Part shown: in pieces, positions 1 to 12,219 of the stretch
How positions within the stretch are numbered: position 1 is the first letter of the stretch
How the letters are laid out: the number at the start of each line of letters is the position of its first letter
Assembly: GCA_030265395.1 (NCBI GenBank)
Contig: JARFYF010000068.1
Location: 6,418,634 to 6,482,633 of the forward strand
Direction of reading: 5' to 3'
DNA from: Rhina ancylostomus
Taxonomy: Eukaryota
DNA: 64,000 nt
The notes under the pieces: model-generated
What the model saw: the letters and a program-made list of their open reading frames with translations, nothing else
What the model was told of the DNA's origin: nothing
The model's database searches: none
Program-made: the position numbers and the translations under genes

Positions 1-723
1 TCATTGTAGGCCGGTTATCTGTGCATAGTTACAAGCAGCGGAGGATTTAACGTTATTGTCTGATTCAGAGTTCTACTTCCTTATCATGAGATTTTAGGCT
101 GTTGCGATATGAACAAATATATCCCGACTAAGGGAGACCAGCGCCTGGCAGAAATCCTCGTTATCATTCAGTCGTTGGCCAGTCTTTCACGGTAATACTA
201 TGGACATGTCTGGGTCCTGTCTGCCGAGGACACAGTATCAATTAATGCTTTCCGCGTTTCTCTTTTCCTTTTCTCTTATTGTTATGTTTCATAACTGTTA
301 TGCAGTAGCAGCAAAGCCAGGATATTGATGGATGCCATACTATAACGACTTGTGCTTTCTCTGACCATTTATTGGTGTAGATGTGCTAGGTTAAAAGCTT
401 AAATATGCGCAGAAAAAGATAATATACGTTATTGGCCAAGACATCTTTCATACATTTCTTTCGCTGGCATTGATAAAAGATGAGATTTTTACCACATGGA
501 AAACAAAATGCAAGTAAAGAACTTACTGCTGTGTACTAAAAATTATACCAACTCAAGTCCTTTCATGTACCTATCAGACTGGAGGAAATTTAGTCGGGAT
601 GTTTAAGGAATAACTGTTTTACAACTAGCAATGTCAACTATCCGCACATCAGTTGAAGGTAAAAACTTCACTAGTTTTTAGGGAAGTGTTCAAAATATTA
701 GGTAATACCTTTGGGGTTGAGAG

Positions 724-890
724 TCATAGGTTAATGGAGTAATGCATCATGGAAACAGGGCCTTCGGCTAACTCGGCCATGCTGACCATGGTGCCCACCA
801 AGCTAGTTCCATTTGTCCCGTTTGGCTCATACCCATCTGAAACCCTCCATTCCATGTACTTATCCAAGTGTCTTTTAAATGTTGTTATTG
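724..890 (-). mobile_element. HER1/CR1-type LINE 3' fragment
   Basis: Encodes TITTFKRHLDKYM (CR1 ORF2 C-terminus) followed by the typical GAAGGCCCTGTTTCC 3' end. Confidence 0.8.
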
Positions 891-1195
891 TTATTTTATT
901 AACTAAGTTAAACACTTTCTAATAGTAGGCAATGGTGCCTTGTGTTTTTGGTATCACGATAATTTATGGACGTGAGTTTTTATCCAGCTTCTGCCAGTAG
1001 AAGACGATTTTCCAAAACTTGGCATGAACTTCAGAGAGGGCAGAGTGGAGGCTGAAAGCGGCTGTTGAAAGCAAGTTGCCAAGTCAGTTGTTTGTTCGAA
1101 ATGTAATTTTCTCAATAAATATTTAAGTAGGTCCATCAATTTTTGCAATGTGAAAATAGTCAGCGCTGGACAAATCGAAGAAATGCTTTGCTCAC

Positions 1196-1222
1196 CATAT
1201 TGGTCCCTAGCTACTCTCGCAT
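1196..1222 (-). CDS. Microexon 42 (27 nt): (H/D)ARVARDQY
   Basis: T-run then caaattctag|ATGCGAGAGTAGCTAGGGACCAATATG|gtgagc; implies the gene continues past the left edge. Confidence 0.75.
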
Positions 1223-1569
1223 CTAGAATTTGAAAAAAAAAGTATGCCGTCACCGCCTCGCCAATGGAAAGTCGGCAGAATAGGATGTAAATCAAAGCTA
1301 GCCATAGTGCCAAAATGCGTCCGGCAGTTTTACTTTGACAATCACGTCGAGGTTCATTAAATGTAACTTCGCAAGCTTGACTCAACTTGATCGGGCGCAT
1401 GGAATAGGGTGGAAACAGTAAGGGAAACAGGCCTGATTGGCTGCACTTCAGTTGCAATTAGGGTTGATGTGACCGAAGCACTGATATTAAAGTTGAAACT
1501 ACTAGATAGGTAAACAACGTAAATTATCCTTTTAAACCTGATGAAAAATGATTGAATGCAAGGACACAA

Positions 1570-1935
1570 CATCATACGAAAATGAAACAGGAAAAGGGCA
1601 TTCAGATCCAGAGCTTTTCTGGCATTGAAGATAATGCTTCATCACCTTTACTTTCCTTCACTCGTGCACATTCCTTCCTTCTCTCAACAGCTAAAAATCC
1701 AACTCAACTTTCAATATAATGGGCGACCCAGCCCCCACGCAGGGCCTGGGTAGAGAACTCCAAATCATTATTGACTGGGTGAAGAAATCTCTCCTCTTCT
1801 GTCCCGAATGCTACTTCGAGAGTACTCCCTAGTTCCAGACACGCCAGGGAAGACGTCGACTCTGCAGCTACCTGGTAAACCACTTAAGAGTTATGTATGT
1901 TTCAGTAAGATCATTTCTCAGTTCTTCTGAACTCC
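1570..1935 (-). mobile_element. Old CR1-type LINE 3' fragment, apparently resuming at about 2500-2580
   Basis: Degenerate motifs (GGTAGAGAACTCCAAA, GAAGAAATCTCTCCTC, TAAGATCA...TTCTTCTGAACTCCA); interrupted by a younger LINE. Confidence 0.55.
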
Positions 1936-1939
1936 ATAC

Positions 1940-2497
1940 AATAGGAATGCGGGAGGTAAGTTGCGGTTATATACAACGTTGGTGATGCTACACTTGCGTA
2001 CAACTTTGGTCGTCCTGTTACAGGAAAGGTGTTATTAAACTCGAACGAGTGTAGAAAAGATTTACCAGGATGTTGCCTGGAGTTGGGGTCTAAGTTTCAA
2101 GGATAGGTTGCGTAGAGTATATTCCCTAGAATGGAGGAGATTGAGGGATGACCTCATGGAGGTATAAAAGATAATGAGGGGCATAGCCAAGGTGAAATCA
2201 CATTGTCTTTTTCCCTTGGAGGGGTGCTAAAACAAAAGGGCATGTTTAATATCCGAGGTGAGAGGCTTAAAACGGACGTCAGGGGCAGCTTCTTCACGCA
2301 AAGGGTGGTGCGTATTTGGAGTGAGCTGCCAGAAATAGTGGTTGCGGCGGGCCATCTAGATAAGTATATGTATTGGAGATGCTGAGAGGGCCATAGGCCA
2401 AATGCGGGCAGATGGGACAAGCTTCCTGGACAACACAGTCGTCATGGACGAATTGGGTCGAAGGGCCTGTTTCCGTGCTGTTTGACTCTATGACTCT
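1940..2497 (+). mobile_element. CR1/HER1 LINE 3' portion with (GACTCTAT)n tail
   Basis: Encodes RGSFFTQRVVRIWSELPE...HLDKYM; ends GAAGGGCCTGTTTCCGTGCTG-TTTGACTCTATGACTCT. Confidence 0.88.
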
Positions 2498-3283
2498 AAT
2501 ACTGGCCCATGCTGCTCAAATTACCTCATTTGATAGACTCGTCATCTGTTGAACTTTCTCTGCACTCTCTCCATCACAAATATGGGAATGAAGACAACTA
2601 TAATGCACATACGGTATCATCAGTCTGCTGTTTAATTTGGCAGAAACGTTTACATTTTAGCTTTGCTTCATAATGGCATTCAAAATAAGGAGCCAATCTA
2701 GGTGAAGACCAATGTCAAACAGAGCTGCCTAATTGTCAAACATTCTCCCTGCAATTTTTCACCAAATCTTCAACAAGCTTCCTAAAACAATTCTAATTCA
2801 TCTGTGAAACATAATTTTCATTTCATATATTACGCTGAATCTGTACAATCCTGCTATTAATTTCTAAGTATGTGACCAGAACATTCTTAATGACAGATTA
2901 TACGACTTCCGCCGTTGTTAACATCAGAATAATCGGTCTGCCGTTTCTGCCTTTTATGTCTTAAAAGTTGGCGCTGCAATTGCTGCCTTTCAATCTGTGA
3001 ACTGTTCGAGAACACTTTACATTTTGCAAGATGGCCGCCAGAGATAAATTATCTCCATAGTCATCTATTTGAAACTCTTGGGATACTGCTTATCTGTTCT
3101 TCAGGATTTAGCGTCTCCCAGTCGCATTAATTTCTCCAGCGCTAGATTTTTATTGATGAGAATCATGTCAGTTTAATATAAAATATAATACACAATTAAA
3201 CGTAAATTAATGCACATGGTGAATATTTCGATGCCCGAGTCCAAGCGTTGATGCATTCAATTAATTACAGAATTATTTATTTT

Positions 3284-3327
3284 CTAATTTATAATTTGTC
3301 TGCCCTGAAGTTTCGGGGATCCCATCA
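3284..3327 (-). CDS. Candidate alternative terminal exon: LMGSPKLQGRQIIN*
   Basis: ccttgttcattgttttag|TG ATG GGA ... AAT TAG, in phase with exon 41; minus-strand AATAAA at 3276-3281 and 3149-3154. Confidence 0.35.
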
Positions 3328-3600
3328 CTAAAACAATGAACAAGGCTTCTTCGGCAACCGTTCCCTGCAGTGAGTCAGTACTCGTACACACGATTCACAC
3401 TGTCTTGACAACTTTGCTCTGTTATCCTTCAAAGCAAAATAATAATTTGAGAAGCGTTTCCTTGTTTTTCTTATTTGATAGGATCAGTACTTGTTGATTC
3501 CATATTTGCATCGTTCGGATGCACTTTGAATTGAAGGTTATTTTTAACTGAACTGTTGCCACTTGAAAGTTGAAAGGTACTAAAACACACTATTCCTTAC

Positions 3601-3606
3601 GCGTTG
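3601..3606 (-). CDS. Microexon 41 (6 nt): AT
   Basis: tgctttttatttgtttctcattcag|CAACGC|gtaagg; 89-nt intron to exon 40. Confidence 0.6.
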
Positions 3607-3695
3607 CTGAATGAGAAACAAATAAAAAGCAGTAACATGTTATGGTTTGTTGTCCCTGTCTTGAAAGATCAAAACAATTTAAGCACATATTTTAC

Positions 3696-3719
3696 CTTCA
3701 TCTGATCGTCGTGATACAA
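3696..3719 (-). CDS. Microexon 40 (24 nt): VVSRRSDE
   Basis: T-run then catttgaag|TTGTATCACGACGATCAGATGAAG|gtaaaa. Confidence 0.78.
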
Positions 3720-4094
3720 CTTCAAATGAAAAAAAAGGTAGAATAGCATCAAAATGATTATTCCATTTCGAAGCGTGGTCTTATTCAAGTTCTTAAGTAG
3801 GTTTGAATGAAACGCCAATATCCCAGAACTCCCCAGAAGCGCGGCGGGCTTTTCATGCAGAAGGCCCAGCACAAGATGAAGAGAAAGAAAGGAGACATAA
3901 ACGACTGCAGGTACTGGAATCTGACGTAAAAATTAAAAATGGCCGACGGAACACAGCAGGTCGAGAAGCATCTGTGCTGGGAGGGGGGAGGAAATGCTGC
4001 TTCGAATACATAGAATGCAATCTGTCTTATTCATCTACCATTCGCGGCATGGAACAAAGCTCCTCAAATATATTCAGGCCATTTGGTTACTTAC

Positions 4095-4121
4095 CACATT
4101 TCTCACGAAGCCTTTTAATTT
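4095..4121 (-). CDS. Microexon 39 (27 nt): EIKRLREKC
   Basis: cttttacaacctttctag|AAATTAAAAGGCTTCGTGAGAAATGTG|gtaagt; paralog of exon 15. Confidence 0.9.
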
Positions 4122-4917
4122 CTAGAAAGGTTGTAAAAGTTCAGTGTCGTGAGAAACAGTAAAACTCTGTTGTATTTTGTGATTAGGAAGTGCGTGGTGT
4201 CACCAGTAGCTGAACTGAACTAAGTCGACTCATATTCTTCAAAAGTGCAAAGGTGAAATATCCGAATCGCACCAATTGTACAAGTCCTGGTTTTCCATTA
4301 AGATAACGTTTGAAGAGGTTAAAGACAGGCCATGTATTCTGGCCGCTAAGGAAACGTGCCAAATAAACCAACGCTTTGGGGTGCTAAAATTATGGTGAGG
4401 TTCTCATCGCACATTTACACTTGACCACCAACAGAGATTGGAAAAACACTGTGAGCCAACAACTTATAATATTTTAAATAGATGCGGGACACTAAAGGAT
4501 GACTTTTCAAAACCACTGTATTGCTATCGGAAACGGGCGAATTTCGGTTGAGAAAAAGTTTTGCATTTTCGATGTTAATGGCAGTCTTAATTCACAGGGC
4601 AAATATGATGTATATAAAACACAGCTGGTGTGATTTTATCATTGAAACCTTCATATATGGATTTACGAAAACAAGTCTCAACTCATCCTTGAGCAGCGAG
4701 GTGCGGTATGTACGTCATCCTTCAGATATCTGCATGTCATTGAAAGCAGTATTGTGTATAGATTGTAGAATTTTGCATGGGTCAATAAGGAATATACGTT
4801 TTCTTAAACTAATCGCAGAGTAAAAAAGTGCATCTTCTTCCACATGTTCATAATTTGTGGCACTGACTCACATATATACTACAGAAGAATACCAGAATAT
4901 GTTTAAATATCTTTTAC

Positions 4918-4944
4918 CTTCATTCTTCAAACTAAGTAGTTCAG
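4918..4944 (-). CDS. Microexon 38 (27 nt): AELLSLKNE
   Basis: catgctttttttacacag|CTGAACTACTTAGTTTGAAGAATGAAG|gtaaaa. Confidence 0.9.
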
Positions 4945-5129
4945 CTGTGTAAAAAAAGCATGAATCAGAGCAGTATTAGGTCACTGGAATTAAGATTTGT
5001 TCGGTGATGTAGAGTGCTCGAACTACAAGTGTATAATTTGTTGAAGGTAAGCAACATTAATATAAAGCTGAAATTTGACATTCCTCTAACAGCTCAAACA
5101 TTTAGTAAACGTTTAAAGTGGATTTTTAC

Positions 5130-5165
5130 CAACATCTCTCTGAATGATTGTCAGTTTCTCAAGCT
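5130..5165 (-). CDS. Microexon 37 (36 nt): ELEKLTIIQRDV
   Basis: gaatttgtatcttgcag|AGCTTGAGAAACTGACAATCATTCAGAGAGATGTTG|gtaaaa; paralog of exons 13 and 17. Confidence 0.88.
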
Positions 5166-6561
5166 CTGCAAGATACAAATTCATATTGTCCTTCAAGTTG
5201 CGACCAATATCTGTCTGTTTGCCTTAGTAGCAATAATTAATGTACCCCAAAGACCTCTCAAAGAGGAATGCATTACTCCATCGTCACAGACAGTTCGCTG
5301 GAACTGCAGTTTGTAAATTGGGATTGCGCCGGAGTTCAGATGACCCGAGAGCTCTTACAAGCAAAAGTTAGCTTCTGTAATGGGCAAACAAGATGGGGAG
5401 AATTATGACTTTATGCTGAAGTGCCGCATGAATTTCCGATCTCCCCCCAGTGCATCACCATTGATTTGAACGGAGTTGCCCACACAAATTAATCTTTTTC
5501 TTTATTTCAAAGCATATTTAAGTGTGCAATAAATTAATCACTTCATTTCCCCTTAAATATACGTTGTCTCTTTCAAAAATATTTTGTTTTAGCAATTCAA
5601 TACTTCAACTGAAACTCATTTTCCCTACCAGCGACCTTCCAAGTAGTAAGAAAAGGTCTGTATCTACAATCACCTGCACGTGAGGAATCAAGACCCATAA
5701 TATTTGAGCTGATTTTATTTCCCTTCCTATTAGACGAATCAAGCAGGTGCAAATGAATTCAAAGCAAGAAAATTTAGAAGAAGACATCGAAGATCCATTG
5801 GCATGCTCCACTGACCTGCTGCCTCTGCAGCAAATGGGGAAAATTGGTCCAGTATCTGCTGTCTGGTTGATGATATTGTCTCAGTTAAGCGAAATAGCAA
5901 AATGCACGAAACAAATATGGGTAAAGCATCAAACGAGTTCAGTTGAAGCCTGTTAGCAGCAAGAATTAAACGGACAAAAAAGTTTATATCCTACGGAGAG
6001 CATTCTGGCTAAGAACTGGTGCTGCTGCGCGTACATCCAGTCACCTTCACGTCACAGGGAAGGTCTACAGAGTAAATGGATAACATGGTATTACATTGTC
6101 TAAAAAAGGAAACCTTGAAGTCATACAAAAATCAGATGTCCATCGTAGCAAGAAGGATGTATGTTCCATTTGATAAGNNNNNNNNNNNNNNNNNNNNNNN
6201 NNNNNNNNNNNNNNNNNNNNNNNNNNNNNNNNNNNNNNNNNNNNNNNNNNNNNNNNNNNNNNNNNNNNNNNNNNNNNTATGTTCCATTTGCTAAGCAAAT
6301 TTGAAAACAATTATGAATAATTTGATCGGTAAATGTTGGACAAAGTTGTTCTTCCATTTTTGTTCAATGAGAAACAAGAGGGAGAAATATGGTTTTGCAC
6401 TGATGGTTATGATTAACGAGTGCGCTCCTATAATAAAACCAGGTTAGAGATGACGATTGAAATATAATCCTGATGTGAATAATGGACAACAGCTGAACTC
6501 TCCAGGAGTTACTAGAAACTCACCTTGTCTCGGAAAGAGGAAATTCAGCCCGTCAGGTTCA

Positions 6562-6581
6562 CAGCGCCTCCTAGAGGGCGA
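6562..6581. promoter_or_regulatory. Candidate CTCF-binding site
   Basis: CAGCGCCTCCTAGAGGGCGA resembles the CTCF core GCGCCCCCTAGTGG in both orientations. Confidence 0.45.
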
Positions 6582-6928
6582 TCTCGTAATTTTAATTCAG
6601 CGATTCATCATTTGTCTTTGTTCTCGCAACCTACTCTCTCTCAGAGTTTCCCATCATATTCCCACTAATCCTTTTTGTTTAGAGTAGTAATTAAGGCGAA
6701 TGTTAGCCAATTATCTTAACATCGTAGGTCTCAAAGTGAAAGTGGTAACTCCGCATATATAGCATTTTAGGACAGGATCAAAGCAAGGCTCTTGGAATTG
6801 CGAGGTAGCAGCATTTACAACCGCACCTCTGTCGATCTGTATAAAGTAAGTGCATAATAAGACATGATGTGAGTATAAGATTAGAATTTGATTTTGGTAG
6901 AAGAGATAACAGGCATTATAAAAGTTAC

Positions 6929-6955
6929 CTGTCTTGGCTTCACGTATCAATGCTT
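6929..6955 (-). CDS. Microexon 36 (27 nt): EALIREAKT
   Basis: gtgttttttaattaatcatgcag|AAGCATTGATACGTGAAGCCAAGACAG|gtaact; paralog of exon 12. Confidence 0.88.
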
Positions 6956-7045
6956 CTGCATGATTAATTAAAAAACACAAAATCAATGTCAATTTTTAAA
7001 AATATACTGCATATATGCGCGTCTAGTTTAGAGGGTCCAGCACTT

Positions 7046-7095
7046 CATATATATACATATATATATATATAGATATATATGGATAGATAGATATA
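7046..7095. repeat. (TA)n/(GATA)n microsatellite
   Basis: Seen directly. Confidence 0.9.
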
Positions 7096-7749
7096 CAAGC
7101 ATATATTGATTTCGTTTTGCACTTTGAATCGAACTTTGTTTCCCAATTATTGTTCAGGTGTTCAGTCTGAGTTCACACTCGACATATTGGGTTTAATTAG
7201 TGCAGATAAGAATACTCTGAGTGAGATGGTTTTGGATTGTATCCAAAAGTCAATCAATATCCAATCATACAACAAAAATTGCACAAAGGGCAATAATTGA
7301 TGGTCAACAAATGAATAGCTACAATGCAGTTCTGATCATTATCAATTACAAATCCTTACTGTACTTCTCACAATCCTCTTACCGACTATATGGTGGACGT
7401 CTAGTTACTTTGGAAACAGAAATTTAATTGCGATCCTTTGGAAATGGGAATGTACTGGAGTACTTTTAGAAAGGAATTAGAAATAAAAGTAATTCCCAAC
7501 TAGAAATGTGAGGGTAATGGATGGATAAAACTATACGTTTAATTTATATGGTGTTCAAGAGATATGTCACCTAATTTCAAGCACCACAAGGAACTAATTA
7601 AATGGAGGAAATACTTATTTATTTGCATTGTTTATCAGATGATTTTCAAAGACACTTTTCACAAATTGGTGAAATTGCTTTGATTATATTTGTTTGCTCT
7701 GCATCAACGAATCGTAGCAATTAGTTGATTTTGATCTTTGTATTCTCTT

Positions 7750-9150
7750 TAGCAATGAGGGAGGTGCCAGAAGACAGCAGAATAGCAATGTTGTTCCTTT
7801 GTTAAAGACTGGCGACATGGGCTATCCATGAAATTATGGACGGTGAGCTTTACAGCAGTGATTGGGAATTTACTGGCGAAGACTCCTAGGGACAAGATTT
7901 GCTCGAATTTGGAAACGCATGTCTTTGTGTGGGGGAGGTCCTGTCTCAAAAATTGGACTGAGTTGTTTTGAAGAGATGACGAAGATGATTGACGAGGGTA
8001 GGCCAGGGGCTACTATACACATGGACTTTAGCATGGCATTTGACAAACCCCTCATGGTGGACTGGTCCAGAACATTGTCAGATGGAATTCACCGTCAGAC
8101 GGTAAGTTGGACACAAAATTAGTTTCGCCAAAGACAAAAGCTATTAGTGGTGGGCATATGTTTTTATGACTGAATTTCTGTGACCAATGGTGTTCCACAA
8201 GGATCTGGACTGCTCCTCTGCTGTTTGTAATATGAATACGAATAATTTGGACGACAATGTAGGTGGTCTGATGAGTAAGTTTGCAGACGATATGAAAATT
8301 GGTGGATTGCATAGTGTGGAAGATTTTCAAAGGATAGAGCAGGATACAGTTCAGTTGGAAATCTTGGTGAAGAAATGCAGAAGTTTAATCCGGAGAACGG
8401 TGCGATGGTTCATTTTGGGAGGTCAAATGCAAGAGGAAAGTGTACAGGAAATGGCAGAACCCTTAGGAGCATTGATTATACAGAGCCAGTTTGGGATACA
8501 GGACTTTAGCTCTCTGAATGTGGCAATAGAAGTGGATAGAGCGGTAAGGATTGCCTGCTGCACGCTTTCTGTCATCGGTCAGGCCATTCAGCATAAAAGT
8601 GGGCAGGCGCATTCAATGTAAAATTTGGCAAATCACATTGTAGCTGTCTAAAACTTTGGTCAGGCCACATTTAGAGTATTTATACAGTTCTTGTCGCACA
8701 CCAGAGGAAGAATGTGGAGAGAGGGCAGAGGATATTGCTTGGAGTGTGTTAGCTCGAAGGAGAGCTTGGACAAACTTGAATTGTTTTCTCTGCAGCGCTG
8801 AAGCGACTTGATAGAAGTATATAAAATTATCGAGGAAGGTGGATAGCAAGAGTCTTTTCCCCAGGGTGGAAATATCAAATACTAGAAAGCGAAGGTTTAA
8901 TGTGAGAAAGGGCAAGTTTAATGGAGATGTGGGAGGCAGGTTTTTACGGATGCAGTGGATGTGTCTGGGGCGCACAGCTGCAGATGAGGTGCTGGAAGCA
9001 GACATGGTAGCATTTTGACAGACATATGAACAGGCAGAGAGTTGACGGATACAGACCACGTGCAGACATGGGATTATTTAGACTGGCATCATTGTCGGCG
9101 CGGGCACAGTGGGCCGAATAGCCTGTTCTTCTGTTGTACTCTTCCATGTT
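7750..9150 (+). mobile_element. 5'-truncated, frameshifted CR1 LINE (RT domain to 3' UTR)
   Basis: Fragments FEEMTKMIDEGR...MDFSMAFDK and SKFADDMKIGG are CR1 reverse-transcriptase motifs; 3' end GGGCCGAATAGCCTGTT. Confidence 0.9.
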
Positions 9151-10389
9151 ATGATATCACTCCAAATTTCCAGCTTTTCAATATGAACAGGATATAATAT
9201 TTTTATTAATGGGACAATGCATTGACGTCTGGCTGCATAGCATTATAGAAATTTCCAGACCAACATTTCAAGACAAGTTATAACGCAGAATGCCTTTCGA
9301 ACGTTCCTGATGGCATCATGTGTAAAATTCTTCGATCTAGTTAGATCCTTAACCAAAATGTTTCTGGTGCTATATCCTTTACCCAGAATAAATACTGAAC
9401 ACAAAATGTTTGGAATACATATGGAAACCTTCTGAACACATCGTGTTCTAGTTGTGTTATTAATTTATTGCCCACTCATTACACATTGCCAACCTGCTAC
9501 TCGGTATTATAGCGCCATTATTTGGATCTATACAATTTGCAACATACTATCACATTAAGCATGAGCAATACAATATAGGACTTTCCGAATAAATTCGATG
9601 TATCATATGCATCGGAAAATATTTTACATTACCGGCGCTTCCTGAAAGACATTTTAACTGATTCAGCACGTCACGAAAAATCAATGAAATTATAGCTGGG
9701 GCTGTCATTCATTCCATTGATTTATTCCACAGGCCATACGCTAAATTCACTGGTCGGAATTGCTGGTTCCTTTCTTATTTCACCTGGACGGAGTGTTTGG
9801 CTCCGTAATTTTAAGCTTGATTAGACCCAGAAATTGATATACATGTCAGATAGATACTCGAGTTTGTTTATGGAAGAACCATTTTAGACTAGATGTAGAG
9901 GTCACGATGATAGTTTCTTGATTGTTATTGAAAATAGTAGTTTTATTATTCCAGGTCGCTTTACAGTTACTTGAATATGCATTCTCACAACGCCCTGGTG
10001 GTATTTAAACAATAAGTAAGGGATCTGGAACACACATTGACAATTTCGTTTCCAGATCGCCAATTTTTAATACTAGAAGAATCAATAAAATAAACATACA
10101 AATAAGGTAACTTTGAAGTAAGAGCTGACTTGGATGGGACCTCATTATACAAAAGAGAGGTGTGATAAAATGAAATATCCTGGTCCGAAATCAAATGATA
10201 AGCTTTTTTATATTTATTTCCAAGCATGTTATATTACTTAAAGTTAAAAAAAATCTGTACTTTGATCTAATGTCCCTGCTTACTCACCGTCATCTTTTGT
10301 ATGCGAGTCAAGTTCTACAAATCATGATTAATAAAGCAATATTAATACTATTAAACTCTTGCCACCATTGCTCCGAATGTTTCTCTACA

Positions 10390-10691
10390 TAGGTTTTCTA
10401 TGTTTCTATACATTGGTTTAAGGTGCTGGGGAGTAAATATTGGGAGAAGAGGAGATGTCAGGGGTACATCTTTTACTCAGAGAGTGGTGAGTGTGTGGAA
10501 TGGGCTGCCGGAAACGGTGGTGGAGGCGGATACGATAAGGTCGTTCAAGAGACTGTTAGATTGGTACATGGAGCTGAATGAAATAGAGCGTTATGTGTAA
10601 GCCTAGTAATTTCTAGGTTAGGGACATGTTCGGCACAGATTTGTGGGCCGGAGGGCCTGAATTGAGCTGTAGGTTTTCTATGTTTCTATGT
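10390..10691 (+). mobile_element. HER1-type LINE 3' end flanked by a perfect 20-bp direct repeat
   Basis: Encodes FTQRVVSVWNGLPE...FKRLLDWYM; TAGGTTTTCTATGTTTCTAT at 10390-10409 and 10670-10689. Confidence 0.88.
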
Positions 10692-10770
10692 AATTAGCTA
10701 AACGCGGAAATGTACGTTGTACTAAGATAACAGCAGAGAAAAACGAAGCCGTTATCATGAATGACATTAC

Positions 10771-10797
10771 CCTTCTCCTTCTGCTTCAGCTTTCGCT
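10771..10797 (-). CDS. Microexon 35 (27 nt): ERKLKQKEK
   Basis: attgtttttgcttaccag|AGCGAAAGCTGAAGCAGAAGGAGAAGG|gtaatg. Confidence 0.88.
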
Positions 10798-12183
10798 CTG
10801 GTAAGCAAAAACAATTGCAGTATTGTGATTATTTTACCAATGATGAAATTATTATTTGTGTTAGAAACAAGTCGCTGAATTCTACACCAACGTCTGTTTC
10901 CCTGCGTTGATCTTGTATTAACTGGGCTATCTAGATCCGAAATACTTTCTATATGTACTGCGTGTTCCAATACATGCCACTTCCACTGAAGACAGACATG
11001 AAGTGCTGGATGTTTAAATCGCGTTATTATCCCTTGGTAGTAACTTTTTCAACAAAAAAATATGAAAACAAACGAAATGAGGGCAGTCTTTGTAAAGGAG
11101 GACAGGTCTCTGGTCCTTCCACTTGCATGAAAGGATGGAACCTTTTCGGAGATCCGCTCAGAATACTTAATTTGATTTATTTTTCTAATATCCGGCGAGT
11201 AATGTTTAAAGTACGATTCATGAGGATGAACTTCAGCACTCCTATTTCAGTTCATTACTTGCGAGATAACAAAAACATATCCGTCGCCTATTTTTAATAT
11301 CATGGCTTGGGATTTTTCTCACCGCTCTTTGTATTGAGATGCTACGAATAAAATGATTCTTGTCAGTTTGGATATATACATATTTTTAAAGGCGGTATGT
11401 TTGTATTTTGAAATGATGTCTGTACTGTTGATGCAGAGAGCTTGAGGGGGATATGGAGTTGCTTATCAATTGCAAACTGAGTGGAATCGTATGTCTGGGG
11501 ATAGAGCAACGTCCAATATTAAACATCATTAAAGGGAACGTAAAGGAATAAAATACCGAAATTTTAAGAGCTGATTGACATAGTAACGTTTTAAAGTTAC
11601 GCTGCATGAGCAAAAGTTCAGCAGTCCATCTTTGAATGGACCATATTTGCTTTGGTCGGTTAAAGTATGTTGTCTGATGTAATATAGTGGAAATATTATG
11701 CCTTTGCCCGCATACATTGTTTGCCTTAATGACTGTTAGAATATCATTGGCAATTGGCCATTTAATCTACCTGGAGCAGAGACAAAATAAAACAGACTGG
11801 AAGGATTCTAACGAAAGCGCAATTTTTCACGTTGATGGATGACAGTGAATATATTGTAAGGATCTGCACAAATTTTATTAGCAGCAATTGTGTCGCACAA
11901 TGAATATGTGTTAAAGCATATTGCTGTTATATATGCTGATCTGTGCTTTGGCAGGATATCAACTACTTTCATTGAATTTTACTTTCCCTAAGGTTTGTGC
12001 AACTTATTGTACAATTTTTGACACATTTTAATAAGAAAGGATTACATTAACTTTTCAGCATAAGAACATGCCATGAAACAAATTACACGCATTCTTTAGC
12101 ATTTCTTGAGCCTAACATTCTAGTTGTGCACCAATGTGTGCACCACATTGCACCAGAGAGTTTTTGCTCATCTCTTTCCTTAC

Positions 12184-12219
12184 CACATTCCTGGAGTTGG
12201 CTTGTTAGGTTTTCTACCT
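12184..12219 (-). CDS. Microexon 34 (36 nt): EVENLTSQLQEC
   Basis: gctgatttctgtttgcag|AGGTAGAAAACCTAACAAGCCAACTCCAGGAATGTG|gtaagg. Confidence 0.9.

Noticed and set aside
1-1190. Search for a B30.2/PRY-SPRY or C-type lectin exon after the last microexon
   Set aside because: No LDP.TA or WIGL-type motif seen in phase; any such domain lies outside the window
954-1457. 167-aa minus-strand ORF
   Set aside because: Intron read-through around the 27-nt exon at 1196-1222
11323-11341. 19-nt exon-like unit with good splice sites
   Set aside because: Frameshifting, with no paralogy to the exon classes
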